A stretch of 64,000 nt of DNA, taken from positions 454 to 64,453 of the forward strand of contig CANGDT010000004.1 of NCBI GenBank assembly GCA_947452755.1. The letters are read 5' to 3'. The notes under the pieces were generated by a model. The model made no database searches, was not told the origin of the DNA, and saw nothing but the letters and a program-made list of their open reading frames with translations. This document shows positions 10,664 through 19,581 of the stretch, piece after piece. The stretch is from Actinomycetota bacterium. GTDB taxonomy: Bacteria; Actinomycetota; Actinomycetes; S36-B12; UBA5976. Numbering within the stretch: position 1 is the first letter of the stretch; each line of letters starts with the position of its first letter. The position numbers and the translations under genes were made by a program.

Positions 10664-11728
10664 ATGACACAAAAACCAACCGTGCTGATCATTGGTACTG
10701 GCTTAATTGGCACATCGATTGCAATCGGTTTGAAGAATGCCGGTTACACCGTTTTCCTAAACGATGCTGATGAGCACGCACTTGCAGTCGCAACGGCAAA
10801 GAGTGGTGCGCAACCATTTTTGGATCAGACCTGCGATCTCGTTGTTGTTGCAACTCCACCTCGCGCAGTGGCTGGGGTCATGCGCGCCGCGTTAGCCGAC
10901 CACCAGACTGCCGCAGTCACTGATGTGTCAAGCGTGAAGGCGACCATTTTGAATTCACTATCCGATCTAGGGGTCAGTGAGCTGGCGCGCGTTGTCGGCG
11001 GACACCCGATGGCAGGTCGTGAAATTTCCGGTGCGGCTGGTGCACAGGGCAATCTCTTTGTTGATCGCCCTTGGGTGCTTACGCGTACAACCGCGACCAG
11101 CGACGACGCTTTCGCTCAAGTCGAAGAGATGGTTAATGCGCTCGGCGCCGTTGTTATCGAACGTTCAATGGATGACCACGATCAAGCAGTCGCACTCATA
11201 TCTCACACGCCGCAGGTGGTTGCATCAGTTCTGGCTGGCGAACTCATGGGTGCCGAAGAACGACACATTGAACTTGCTGGGCAGGGAATTCGTGACACCA
11301 TTCGCATCGCGTCTTCAGATGCTGGATTGTGGTCGGAAATTCTTGCTGGAAACTCGGCGAACGTTGCTGAACGCGTGAGAAACGTGGCTAAGCGACTCGG
11401 CGAGATGGCCGAAGCGATTGCAAGCAACGATCACGCGCACATTGTTTCAATTCTGGAGCAGGGCAGCGCAGGACGTGATCGTTTGCCGGGCAAGCATGGT
11501 GCCAATCGGGCATCCGATGCGTTAGTTCTCGTTCGTCTTGACGATAAGCCTGGCGAGTTAGCGCGACTATTCGCAGTGGCAGCGCAAGCTGAAGTCAACC
11601 TTGAAGACGTACGAATTGACCACTCGCTCGGTCGCATGACCGGACTTGTTGAATTGACTGTGGCGCTTGCGGCTCAGGTCACACTTGAAACCGCGCTGAC
11701 TTCAGCGGGCTTTGTAGTCATTCTCTGA
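10664..11728 (+). CDS. tyrA: Prephenate dehydrogenase with C-terminal ACT-like domain
   Basis: 354 aa. N-terminal GTGLIGTS dinucleotide fold, HPMAG motif, and a C-terminal regulatory domain of about 70 aa. Confidence 0.85.
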   Translation: MTQKPTVLIIGTGLIGTSIAIGLKNAGYTVFLNDADEHALAVATAKSGAQPFLDQTCDLVVVATPPRAVAGVMRAALADHQTAAVTDVSSVKATILNSLSDLGVSELARVVGGHPMAGREISGAAGAQGNLFVDRPWVLTRTTATSDDAFAQVEEMVNALGAVVIERSMDDHDQAVALISHTPQVVASVLAGELMGAEERHIELAGQGIRDTIRIASSDAGLWSEILAGNSANVAERVRNVAKRLGEMAEAIASNDHAHIVSILEQGSAGRDRLPGKHGANRASDALVLVRLDDKPGELARLFAVAAQAEVNLEDVRIDHSLGRMTGLVELTVALAAQVTLETALTSAGFVVIL

Positions 11729-11744
11729 CCAATAGACTAGGTAC

Positions 11745-12407
11745 ATGTCTGCCGGCCTTGTCATTGCAATTGACGGCCCATCAAGTTCTGGAAAATCGAC
11801 CGTTTCTCGCGCAATTGCCCAGGATTTGGGTTGTGCTTATCTTGACACTGGCGCTATGTACAGGGCCATCACATGGTTTGCCTTAGAGAACAACGTTGAA
11901 CTCACTGACCCCGAGCAAATTGCAGCCTGCGCCGCAGTGATCGAGCTACGAGAAAGCACTTCAGCAGACGAACCTGGCATCTGGGTTGGAGATGCGGATG
12001 TATCCGCAGAGATCCGCGGACCGGAAGTTACCGCTGCGGTAAGCAAAGTTGCCGCGGTCCCTCAAGTGCGCGCGATGCTCGTCGAACGCCAGCGCGCCAT
12101 TGCGGCCAAGTCAGACAACGGCATTGTGGTTGAAGGGCGCGACATTGGCAATGTGGTTTTACCCGAAGCCGATCTCAAGATTTTCTTAACCGCGGATCAA
12201 GAAGCGCGCGCATTGCGCAGGGCACTTGAGTTGGGACAAGACCCAACTGAAATCGAACAATCTTTAGCCACACGCGACAAGGCGGACTCAACACGAGTTG
12301 CCTCACCGTTAGTGATGGCCGATGACGCAATTGAAGTTGACACCACACATTTGGAATTGCATGAAGTGATCACGCATATCCTGGATCTAGTAAGGACGCG
12401 ATCATGA
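11745..12407 (+). CDS. cmk: Cytidylate kinase
   Basis: 220 aa. P-loop [23 protein letters not shown] motif. Confidence 0.95.
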   Translation: MSAGLVIAIDGPSSSGKSTVSRAIAQDLGCAYLDTGAMYRAITWFALENNVELTDPEQIAACAAVIELRESTSADEPGIWVGDADVSAEIRGPEVTAAVSKVAAVPQVRAMLVERQRAIAAKSDNGIVVEGRDIGNVVLPEADLKIFLTADQEARALRRALELGQDPTEIEQSLATRDKADSTRVASPLVMADDAIEVDTTHLELHEVITHILDLVRTRS

Positions 12408-13891
12408 CTGACAAGCACGAACCACACATTTACGAAGTTGGCGGTGAAGCCGTTGAACTTCCAGACAACATTGAGCTGCCAGAAAACTGGCGCGATCTCA
12501 GCGATGCAGATTACGAAGCACTGCTCGCACAACTAGGTATCGCATCTGACGCTGTGCTTGATGAAATTAGCGAACATGAAAATGCGCCAATTGTCGCAGT
12601 TGTTGGTCGCCCAAACGTAGGTAAGTCCACGCTCGTTAACCGCATCATCGGTCGCCGTGAAGCTGTCGTTGAAGACACGCCGGGCGTGACGCGCGACCGT
12701 GTGCGCTACGAAACTGAATGGAACGGTCGCCCTTTCATTGTTGTCGACACTGGTGGTTGGGAACACGACGCAATGGGTATGAGCGCCCAAGTTTCCGCGC
12801 AAGCAGAAGCCGCCATGAACAACAGTGACCTGGTCATGTTTGTCGTGGATGCCACAGTCGGCGCTACTGATGCTGATGAAGCAATTGTCCGCGTGCTGCG
12901 CAAGGCAAAAGTGCCAGTTGTGCTCGTTGCAAACAAAGTTGACGACGAGCGCGCTGAACTTGAAGCATCACGCTTATGGTCACTTGGTTTGGGCGAACCC
13001 TTTGCAGTATCGGCGTTGCATGGTCGTGGTTCAGGCGACCTACTAGATATAGTTCTTGATAATTTGCCTGATGAAGGCATGGGTGAAGTGCGACCTCGTG
13101 GACCACATCGCGTGGCACTCTTGGGTAAGCCAAATGTTGGAAAGTCGAGCCTGTTGAATGCATTAACAGGGGAGAAGCGCGCTGTCGTTGACAGCGTTGC
13201 CGGCACCACGGTGGATCCTGTTGATGAGCTTGTCGTCATGGGTGACGAAGAATGGATTCTCGTAGATACCGCCGGTATCCGTCGTCGCGCAAAAACTGCC
13301 AGTGGACATGAGTACTTTGCCACGTTGCGAACTAAGTCCGCATTGGACAAGGCAGATGTTGCTGTTGTCCTTGTGGATGCGAGTGCGCCGATGACTGAGC
13401 AAGACTTGCGCATCATTTCGATGGTTGTTGAATCTGGCCGCGCGCTCGTCATCGCTTTCAATAAGTGGGATCTCGTTGATGAAGAACGCCGCTATTACTT
13501 GGATCGTGAAATTGAACGAGATTTGGTGCAGGTTGGTTGGGCGCCACGCATCAATTTCAGTGCGATGACAGGGTGGCACAAAGATCGTTTGGTGCCGGCT
13601 TTGCATGCGGCGCTAGAAGGTTGGGAAACACGTGTTCCAACGGGTCGCATGAATGCGTTCTTGACAGAAATTGTGGCAGCGCATCCTCACCCAGTGCGTG
13701 GTGGAAAGCAGCCCCGCATTCTCTTTGGAACTCAGGCAAGCGTCTCACCGCCAGTGTTTGTTTTGTTTACTACTGGTTTCTTGGATCCGGGTTATCGTCG
13801 ATTTGTTGAACGTCGATTCCGTGAGGAATTTGGTTTTGTGGGTTCGCCGATTTTGATTAATCAGCGCATTCGCGAAAAGCGCAAGAGGTAG
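12404..13891 (+). CDS. der: Ribosome-associated GTPase Der/EngA
   Basis: 495 aa. Two tandem G domains ([10 protein letters not shown] and [10 protein letters not shown]) plus a KH-like C-terminus. ATGA overlap with cmk. Acidic N-terminal extension of about 60 aa. Confidence 0.95.
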   Translation: MTDKHEPHIYEVGGEAVELPDNIELPENWRDLSDADYEALLAQLGIASDAVLDEISEHENAPIVAVVGRPNVGKSTLVNRIIGRREAVVEDTPGVTRDRVRYETEWNGRPFIVVDTGGWEHDAMGMSAQVSAQAEAAMNNSDLVMFVVDATVGATDADEAIVRVLRKAKVPVVLVANKVDDERAELEASRLWSLGLGEPFAVSALHGRGSGDLLDIVLDNLPDEGMGEVRPRGPHRVALLGKPNVGKSSLLNALTGEKRAVVDSVAGTTVDPVDELVVMGDEEWILVDTAGIRRRAKTASGHEYFATLRTKSALDKADVAVVLVDASAPMTEQDLRIISMVVESGRALVIAFNKWDLVDEERRYYLDREIERDLVQVGWAPRINFSAMTGWHKDRLVPALHAALEGWETRVPTGRMNAFLTEIVAAHPHPVRGGKQPRILFGTQASVSPPVFVLFTTGFLDPGYRRFVERRFREEFGFVGSPILINQRIREKRKR

Positions 13892-13926
13892 CTTCAAGTC
13901 TTTCGCTAAGATACTGATTGCAAGAA

Positions 13927-14003
13927 CGGGCTGTAGCGCAGTTTGGTAGCGCACTTCGCTGGGGGTGAAGGGGCCGCAGGTTCAAATCCTGTCAGCCCGA
14001 CCA
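13927..14003 (+). tRNA. tRNA-Pro, anticodon GGG, with encoded CCA
   Basis: Folded by hand into a cloverleaf. Acceptor stem cgggctg/cagcccg, D stem gcgc/gcgc, anticodon stem cttcg/tgaag with loop ctGGGgg, T arm gcagg-ttcaaat-cctgt, discriminator A plus CCA. 77 nt. Confidence 0.9.
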
Positions 14004-14005
14004 GC

Positions 14006-14031
14006 AGTGATTTCAATTTCTTGAAATCACT
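14006..14031 (+). terminator. Perfect 11-bp hairpin immediately after the tRNA (agtgatttcaa-tttc-ttgaaatcact)
   Basis: Read directly. Only a two-T tail follows, so terminator function is tentative. Confidence 0.35.
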
Positions 14032-14093
14032 TTGCGGGAGGGAATTAACACTGTGGGATTTGGGAGCCAATGCGTTGCATTGGTGGTTCCTGT

Positions 14094-14159
14094 CAGCCCG
14101 ACCTGCAGTGATTTCCAGCCCGACCAGCAGTGAGTTCCAGCCCGACTAACGGTGATTTT
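14094..14159 (+). repeat. Three tandem 22-bp copies of the tRNA-Pro 3' end plus its flank (cagcccgaccagcagtgatttc)
   Basis: Copies at 14094-14115 (21/22), 14116-14137 (21/22) and 14138-14159 (18/22) match the original at 13993-14014. Copy 2 also keeps cctgt from the T arm. Confidence 0.85.
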
Positions 14160-14373
14160 TAGGGAGCAACGAAATCCGCAGGGGACACTCGGGCCTTGAT
14201 TCTGTAACACCATTGTTATCAAGGGTGTTATTCCGTGAAATAAGGCTATTTATTGGGTTACGGTCGTGTAACGCTCTGCGAAATCCGTTGTTTTTACCCC
14301 ATGGCGTCCGTATTCACTAGTAGGTTTCGGTATGCCCGAAAAGAATTCGTCGGGTTCATCGAGAGGACTACAC

Positions 14374-15615
14374 ATGATTAAGCCGATCAAGATCGGTGCA
14401 CTTGCAATTGCAGGCGCTATCGCTCTTGCTGCTTGCGGAAGCAGCAGCAGCAGCAAGGCACTTGTAATTGGTACTGACTTCCCTTTGCAGGGTTCGTCAG
14501 CTGACGCCAGTGCATCAACAAACAATGCAATCAAGCTCTACCTTGAACAAATTGGTAACAAGGTTGGAAACTTCAGCATTGAAATCAAGGAATACGACAA
14601 CTCAACCGCCGCTAAGGGTGGATGGGATGACGCACAGTGTGCAAAGAACGCTCAGGATCACGTAGCTAACACAGCTGAAGTTGCCGTTGTCGGTACCTAC
14701 AACTCAGGTTGCGCAAAGATCATCGTTCCTGTACTTAACCAGGCTCCTGATGGCCCGATGCTGATGGTTTCGCATGCGAACACCAACCCAGGTCTTACCA
14801 AGACATGGAACCCAGGCGAGCCTGACAAGTACTACCCAACAGGCAAGCGTAACTACGCTCGCGTTGTTACCACTGATGATTACCAGGGTGCAGCTGCAGC
14901 TCAGTACCTCAAGAAGGAAAAGGGCGTCACCAAGTGTGCTGTTCTTAACGACAACCAGACCTACGGTCAGGGTGTTGCACAGGCATTCGTAAAGGAAGCC
15001 GCTGCACAGGGTATCGAAGTTGTTCTCAACGAAGCTTGGGATGCAAAGCAGTCAAACTACACCTCATTGTTCACCAAGGTGAAGAGTGCAGGCGCTGACT
15101 GCGTATACATCGCAGGTATCTTCGACAACAATGGTGGTCAGCTAGTTAAGGACAAGACCGCTGTACTTGGCGACAATGCAAAAATCGTCACCATGGCTCC
15201 GGATGGTTTCACCGGTTACCCAGACCTTCAGAAGATGCCAGAAGCCGAAGGCCTTCTGTTGTCATTCACCGGTCTGTCACAGGATGGAATCCTTGCAGCT
15301 GGCGGCACTGCCGCTAAGTTCGTTGAGGATTACAAGGCGAAGTACAACGCTGCTCCAGTTGGATCGTTCTCGATCTACGGTGCTGCTGCACTTCAGGTTA
15401 TCCTTGCTGCAATTGAAGCTTCAGACGGTACCCGCAAGGGCATCACTGACGCTGTATTCAGTGGCGCAGGCGTAACCATCCCAGCTGACAAGTCAGTAAC
15501 TGGTGCTGAAATCGCGATCGATCCTGCTTCAGGTGACGTCAAGAGCCGCACCATCACTATCCAGATCATGAAGGGTGGCGCTGAAACAGACGTCATGCCT
15601 TGGGAACTTGGTTAA
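14374..15615 (+). CDS. livK: Branched-chain amino acid ABC transporter substrate-binding lipoprotein (LivK/LivJ family)
   Basis: Trimmed to the ATG at 14374, preceded by GAGAGGA. Signal peptide with lipobox LAAC-GSSSSS. Type-1 periplasmic binding fold pattern. Followed by livHMGF. Confidence 0.9.
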   Translation: MIKPIKIGALAIAGAIALAACGSSSSSKALVIGTDFPLQGSSADASASTNNAIKLYLEQIGNKVGNFSIEIKEYDNSTAAKGGWDDAQCAKNAQDHVANTAEVAVVGTYNSGCAKIIVPVLNQAPDGPMLMVSHANTNPGLTKTWNPGEPDKYYPTGKRNYARVVTTDDYQGAAAAQYLKKEKGVTKCAVLNDNQTYGQGVAQAFVKEAAAQGIEVVLNEAWDAKQSNYTSLFTKVKSAGADCVYIAGIFDNNGGQLVKDKTAVLGDNAKIVTMAPDGFTGYPDLQKMPEAEGLLLSFTGLSQDGILAAGGTAAKFVEDYKAKYNAAPVGSFSIYGAAALQVILAAIEASDGTRKGITDAVFSGAGVTIPADKSVTGAEIAIDPASGDVKSRTITIQIMKGGAETDVMPWELG

Positions 15616-15651
15616 TTCCTAGTTCGTCTATCTGAATAGACACATGAAGTT

Positions 15652-15713
15652 GGCGGGGTCGGGTGACCGGCCCCGCCTCTTTATGAATAAAGTCAGTACT
15701 TCATAAAGTTTTT
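15652..15713 (+). terminator. Two stem-loops between livK and livH, forming a likely partial terminator
   Basis: GC-rich hairpin ggcggggtcgg-gtga-ccggccccgcc (15652-15677). AT-rich hairpin ctttatgaa-N12-ttcataaag (15679-15708) followed by TTTTT. Confidence 0.5.
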
Positions 15714-15754
15714 AATTACCCGCTACTCAATGACGCTTAGGGGAGAATGCAGGA

Positions 15755-16795
15755 ATGACATCCACTGCAATCGGAGTTCGTAAACGAATTCAAATCAATA
15801 CCATCCTTGTCCGACTATCAATTTTTTTGATCGGGTTAGGCGTTTTCTCGTGGTTAGGCGTGAACCTTGTAAGAGGTCCAGCTGACTTCGTCACCGTAGC
15901 TATCCAGGGTCTGAACAATGGCGCTTTGTATGCGTTGATTGCTCTCGGTTACACCTTGGTTTACGGCATCATCGAACTTATTAACTTCGCCCACGGTGAC
16001 TTGTTCATGCTGGGCGCAGTGTTTTCTGCGTCGCTGCTTTCTGAGCGCCTACATGCGGTGACCTCAACGCCAGCAAACTGGGGTCTGTTAATCATGACTC
16101 TGATTTTGGCGATGGCATTCTGTGCTGCGTTGAACGTGTCAATCGAACGGGTGGCGTATCGCCGCCTTCGTGAAGCACCAAAGTTGGCACCACTTATTAC
16201 TGCAGTTGGTATGTCATTCATTTTGCAGTTCGTCGGTTTGCACTGGGTGGGTTCTGCTCCAAAGAACTTCAATACTGTTATTCCAACAACGAGCATGAAT
16301 GTTGCAGGGGTAACTATTCGTTACTCGACATTGATGATTTTTGCTTTGACTATTCCGTTGCTCCTACTCATGGTCTTTGTTGTTAACAAGACACGTCAGG
16401 GCAAGGCTATGCGTGCGGTAGCTCAGGATAAGGACGCTGCTCGACTGATGGGTGTGAATGTCAACAAGACAATCTCATTCACTTTCGCTCTCGGTGGCGC
16501 GATGGCCGGTGCTGCCGGACTTATGTACGAACAGACCGTTGGTACGGTTTCGTATAACTTAGGCTTCCAGCTGGGCCTCATCGCTTTTACATCTGCTGTT
16601 ATGGGTGGCATTGGCAACCTTTACGGGGCTGTACTGGGCGGTTTGTTGATCGGCTTGATCCAGGGTCTCAACGACGGTTTGCCAATTGGTCTAGGCCAGC
16701 GTTGGTCACAGTCAGTTGTGTTCGGAATCTTGATTCTTCTGATGGTTTACCGCCCAGCCGGATTACTCGGCAAAGCAACAACGGAAAAGGTCTGA
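15755..16795 (+). CDS. livH: Branched-chain amino acid ABC transporter permease (LivH family)
   Basis: 346 aa, polytopic. Conserved YTLVYG..ELINFAHGD and KAMRAVAQD motifs. Confidence 0.9.
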   Translation: MTSTAIGVRKRIQINTILVRLSIFLIGLGVFSWLGVNLVRGPADFVTVAIQGLNNGALYALIALGYTLVYGIIELINFAHGDLFMLGAVFSASLLSERLHAVTSTPANWGLLIMTLILAMAFCAALNVSIERVAYRRLREAPKLAPLITAVGMSFILQFVGLHWVGSAPKNFNTVIPTTSMNVAGVTIRYSTLMIFALTIPLLLLMVFVVNKTRQGKAMRAVAQDKDAARLMGVNVNKTISFTFALGGAMAGAAGLMYEQTVGTVSYNLGFQLGLIAFTSAVMGGIGNLYGAVLGGLLIGLIQGLNDGLPIGLGQRWSQSVVFGILILLMVYRPAGLLGKATTEKV

Positions 16796-16796
16796 T

Positions 16797-17972
16797 ATGT
16801 CTGACGTAATTCTTGAAGACTCAGGTGTACCTGTTCACTTGGCAGCAACAAACAACCGCAAGTGGGCAATTGGTTTCACCTTGTCGGTCATCATTATTTT
16901 CGCGTTCTACCAGTACGTGTACACGTCACTGCCAGGTGAGGTTCAGAACTTCTTCCGCGCATGGTTGCCATTGACCTCACTCGGTGAGGCAATGATTTTC
17001 GTGTTGATGGCTCTTGGCTTGAACATTGTGGTTGGATACGCGGGTCTGCTTGACCTTGGCTACGTAGCATTCTGGGCGCTTGGCGGCTATGTTGCTGGTT
17101 GGCTGATGTCAGGATTCTTTGACAGTAAGACCATTAACTTCGGCGGTCATCCTCCAGTTGGTTTGCCAAATGGTATTCATATCAATTTTTGGCTGGTGTT
17201 GATCATCGGTGGCATGTTCACTGCTGTGTGGGGTGTCATCATTGGCGCGCCAACGCTTCGCTTGAAGAGTGATTACCTTGCGCTTGTGACGTTGGGCTTC
17301 GGTGAAATTATTCCGCAGTTCTTCGTTAATGGTGAAAATGTTGGTGGCCTGAACCTCACAAACGGTACCCAGGGCATCACGCCAATCGATGACATCACGG
17401 TTTTTGGTCACGCTTTCGGTGTGTTCGATTTGCAGTGGAAGTTCTTGATTTACTCTGCGCTTGCTGGTCTCATGATTATCCTGTCGCTTCGCCTGCGTGA
17501 TGGACGTCTTGGACGTGCATGGTTAGCAATCCGTGAAGATGAACTTGCTGCAAGCATGATGGGCGTTCCATTGATGCGCACCAAGCTTTCTTCATACGCT
17601 GTTGGCGCCACTGCCGGTGGTGTTGGCGGTGTTGCATTCGCGACACTTATTAACGGTGTGTTCGCCGAACGATTCAACTTTGCTATCTCGATCATCATCC
17701 TTGCGATGGTTGTTCTCGGTGGCATGGGTAACGTCTGGGGCGTAATGATTGGTGCAGTGATCCTGTCGTGGATTAACTCAACCGGCCTGGTTCAATTCGG
17801 AAACGTAGTTAATGGTGCACTCGGCACAAACATTAACTTCCCATCCTTTAACTTCTTGATCTTTGGTTTGTTGCTTGTGATGATGATGCTCTTCCGTCGT
17901 GAAGGCTTTATCCCTGAGGCACGTACCCGAGTAATCATGCACGAAACCACAGATCATCAGGGAGCACACTAA
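16797..17972 (+). CDS. livM: Branched-chain amino acid ABC transporter permease (LivM family)
   Basis: 391 aa, polytopic. LNIVVGYAGLLDLGYVAF and RAWLAIREDE motifs. Confidence 0.9.
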   Translation: MSDVILEDSGVPVHLAATNNRKWAIGFTLSVIIIFAFYQYVYTSLPGEVQNFFRAWLPLTSLGEAMIFVLMALGLNIVVGYAGLLDLGYVAFWALGGYVAGWLMSGFFDSKTINFGGHPPVGLPNGIHINFWLVLIIGGMFTAVWGVIIGAPTLRLKSDYLALVTLGFGEIIPQFFVNGENVGGLNLTNGTQGITPIDDITVFGHAFGVFDLQWKFLIYSALAGLMIILSLRLRDGRLGRAWLAIREDELAASMMGVPLMRTKLSSYAVGATAGGVGGVAFATLINGVFAERFNFAISIIILAMVVLGGMGNVWGVMIGAVILSWINSTGLVQFGNVVNGALGTNINFPSFNFLIFGLLLVMMMLFRREGFIPEARTRVIMHETTDHQGAH

Positions 17973-18769
17973 TGAGTAGCCTGAATAACGCACCCGTATT
18001 GGATGCGCAGAATATCAGCGTTGTCTTCGGCGGCCTTGTTGCTGTTGATAATGTGTCGTTCAACATTCCTGAAGGTTCAATTGTTAGCCTCATCGGACCA
18101 AATGGTGCGGGCAAGACAACGTTCTTCAATGTGTTGACTGGTTTGTACAGCCCAACAAGTGGTGGCGTGTACTACGACGGCAATTTGATCACCGGTCTAG
18201 CGCCGCACAAGATTGCTGCTGGCGGTATTGCCCGCACGTTCCAGAACATTCGCTTGTTTGGCATGATGACGGCGCAAGAAAACGTCATGGTTGCCATGCA
18301 TTCGCATATGAAGGCCGGCGTAGTGTCAACAACTCTGCGTCTACCTAGCCAAAAACGTGAAGAGGCTGAAGCTCGTGAGTTCGCTCAGGAACTTTTGGAC
18401 TTCGTCGATATTGGCGGGACAACCCACGAGTATGCGCGCAACTTGTCATATGGCGACCAGCGCCGACTTGAAGTTGCCCGTGCACTTGCCCTCCGCCCAA
18501 AGGTTTTGCTTTTGGATGAACCAACTGCAGGTATGAATCCAAATGAATCAGCCCGCTTTGTGGAGTTTGTTCGCAAGATTCGTTCTGAACGTGGCATCTC
18601 TATTCTGTTGATCGAACATGACATGAGCGTGGTCATGCAGGTTTCAGAACGCATTACGGTTCTGGATCAAGGACAGAAGATTGCTGAAGGCAGCCCTGCT
18701 GAAATCAAGAGTAACACCCGCGTGATCGAGGCTTACCTCGGCAAGACTGGCACGGAGGCGAGCAAGTAA
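17972..18769 (+). CDS. livG: Branched-chain amino acid ABC transporter ATP-binding protein (LivG family)
   Basis: 265 aa. Walker A GPNGAGKTT, signature LSYGDQRRLE, Walker B LLLDEP. TAATG overlap with livM. Confidence 0.92.
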   Translation: MSSLNNAPVLDAQNISVVFGGLVAVDNVSFNIPEGSIVSLIGPNGAGKTTFFNVLTGLYSPTSGGVYYDGNLITGLAPHKIAAGGIARTFQNIRLFGMMTAQENVMVAMHSHMKAGVVSTTLRLPSQKREEAEAREFAQELLDFVDIGGTTHEYARNLSYGDQRRLEVARALALRPKVLLLDEPTAGMNPNESARFVEFVRKIRSERGISILLIEHDMSVVMQVSERITVLDQGQKIAEGSPAEIKSNTRVIEAYLGKTGTEASK

Positions 18770-19509
18770 TGACTACAGATACAGGTCGTTTAAGCACACC
18801 AGTAATGCTGGATGTAAATAACATCAGTGTTGCCTACGGTGCCATCACAGCAGTGAAGGGTTTGACCCTGAACGTGCGCGAAGGTGAAATTGTCACTTTG
18901 ATTGGTTCCAATGGTGCTGGCAAGTCCACCACGTTGCGCACAATCAGTGGTTTGCTCAAGCCAAAGTCGGGTGAAATTTCATTCAAGGGTGAAATCATCA
19001 GCGGCACTCCAGGTCACGAAATTGTGGCCAAGGGAATTTGCCAGTCGCCAGAAGGTCGCAGAATCTTCTCCCGCATGACGGTGGAGGAAAACCTTGAAAT
19101 GGGCGCATTCCTGCGCAACGATCATGCCGAAATTAAGGCAGACATGGACCGCGTTCTGGAACTGTTCCCGCGCTTGCAGGAACGTATTCACCAGAAGGCC
19201 GGCACGATGTCCGGTGGTGAACAGCAGATGCTCGCTGTGGGTCGCGCGTTGATGGGTCAGCCAAAACTGCTCATCCTTGACGAGCCATCAATGGGTCTCG
19301 CGCCTGTACTTGTGGACTTGATTTTCGAAACCATCGAAAAGATTCGTTCCCAGGGCACCACAATTCTGTTGGTTGAACAGAATGCTTTGGCGGCTTTGCG
19401 TATTGCTGATTACGCGTACGTTCTTGAGTCAGGAAACCTCAAGCTTGAGGGTCCAGCGAAGGAACTTGCTAATGATCAGGCAATCGTCAATGCGTACCTC
19501 GGCGGCTAA
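18769..19509 (+). CDS. livF: Branched-chain amino acid ABC transporter ATP-binding protein (LivF family)
   Basis: 246 aa. Walker A GSNGAGKST, signature MSGGEQQML, Walker B LILDEP. TAATG overlap with livG. Confidence 0.92.
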   Translation: MTTDTGRLSTPVMLDVNNISVAYGAITAVKGLTLNVREGEIVTLIGSNGAGKSTTLRTISGLLKPKSGEISFKGEIISGTPGHEIVAKGICQSPEGRRIFSRMTVEENLEMGAFLRNDHAEIKADMDRVLELFPRLQERIHQKAGTMSGGEQQMLAVGRALMGQPKLLILDEPSMGLAPVLVDLIFETIEKIRSQGTTILLVEQNALAALRIADYAYVLESGNLKLEGPAKELANDQAIVNAYLGG

Positions 19510-19523
19510 ATAGTTTGAACTTG

Positions 19524-19566
19524 TGGGGCGTGGTCACTTAATGTGACTGCGCCCCATTTGTTTGCC
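19524..19566 (+). terminator. Intrinsic terminator after livF
   Basis: Hairpin tggggcg-tg-gtcac-ttaat-gtgac-tg-cgcccca followed by tttgtttg. Confidence 0.6.
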
Positions 19567-19581
19567 CATGCGCAAGTCTTG

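Noticed and set aside
12706-13461. Long antisense ORFs opposite real genes (251 aa opposite der; also 3036-3608, 28211-28831, 30012-30560, 35007-35477, 46387-46989, 6994-7431)
   Set aside because: Each is fully nested in, or overlaps, a strongly supported conserved gene. Their translations are low-complexity (Ser/Ala/Arg/Thr-rich) with no recognisable motifs. This is the typical shadow-frame artefact.
13627-13636. Perfect 10-bp palindrome AACACGTGTT as a parS site
   Set aside because: It lies inside der coding sequence, and its flanks do not match the GTTTCACGTGAAAC parS consensus.
14004-14093. Integrated prophage or genomic island at tRNA-Pro
   Set aside because: Only about 90 bp lie between the tRNA and the first att-like copy. 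No integrase or cargo ORF is present, and the next genes (livKHMGF) look native. Only scars remain.
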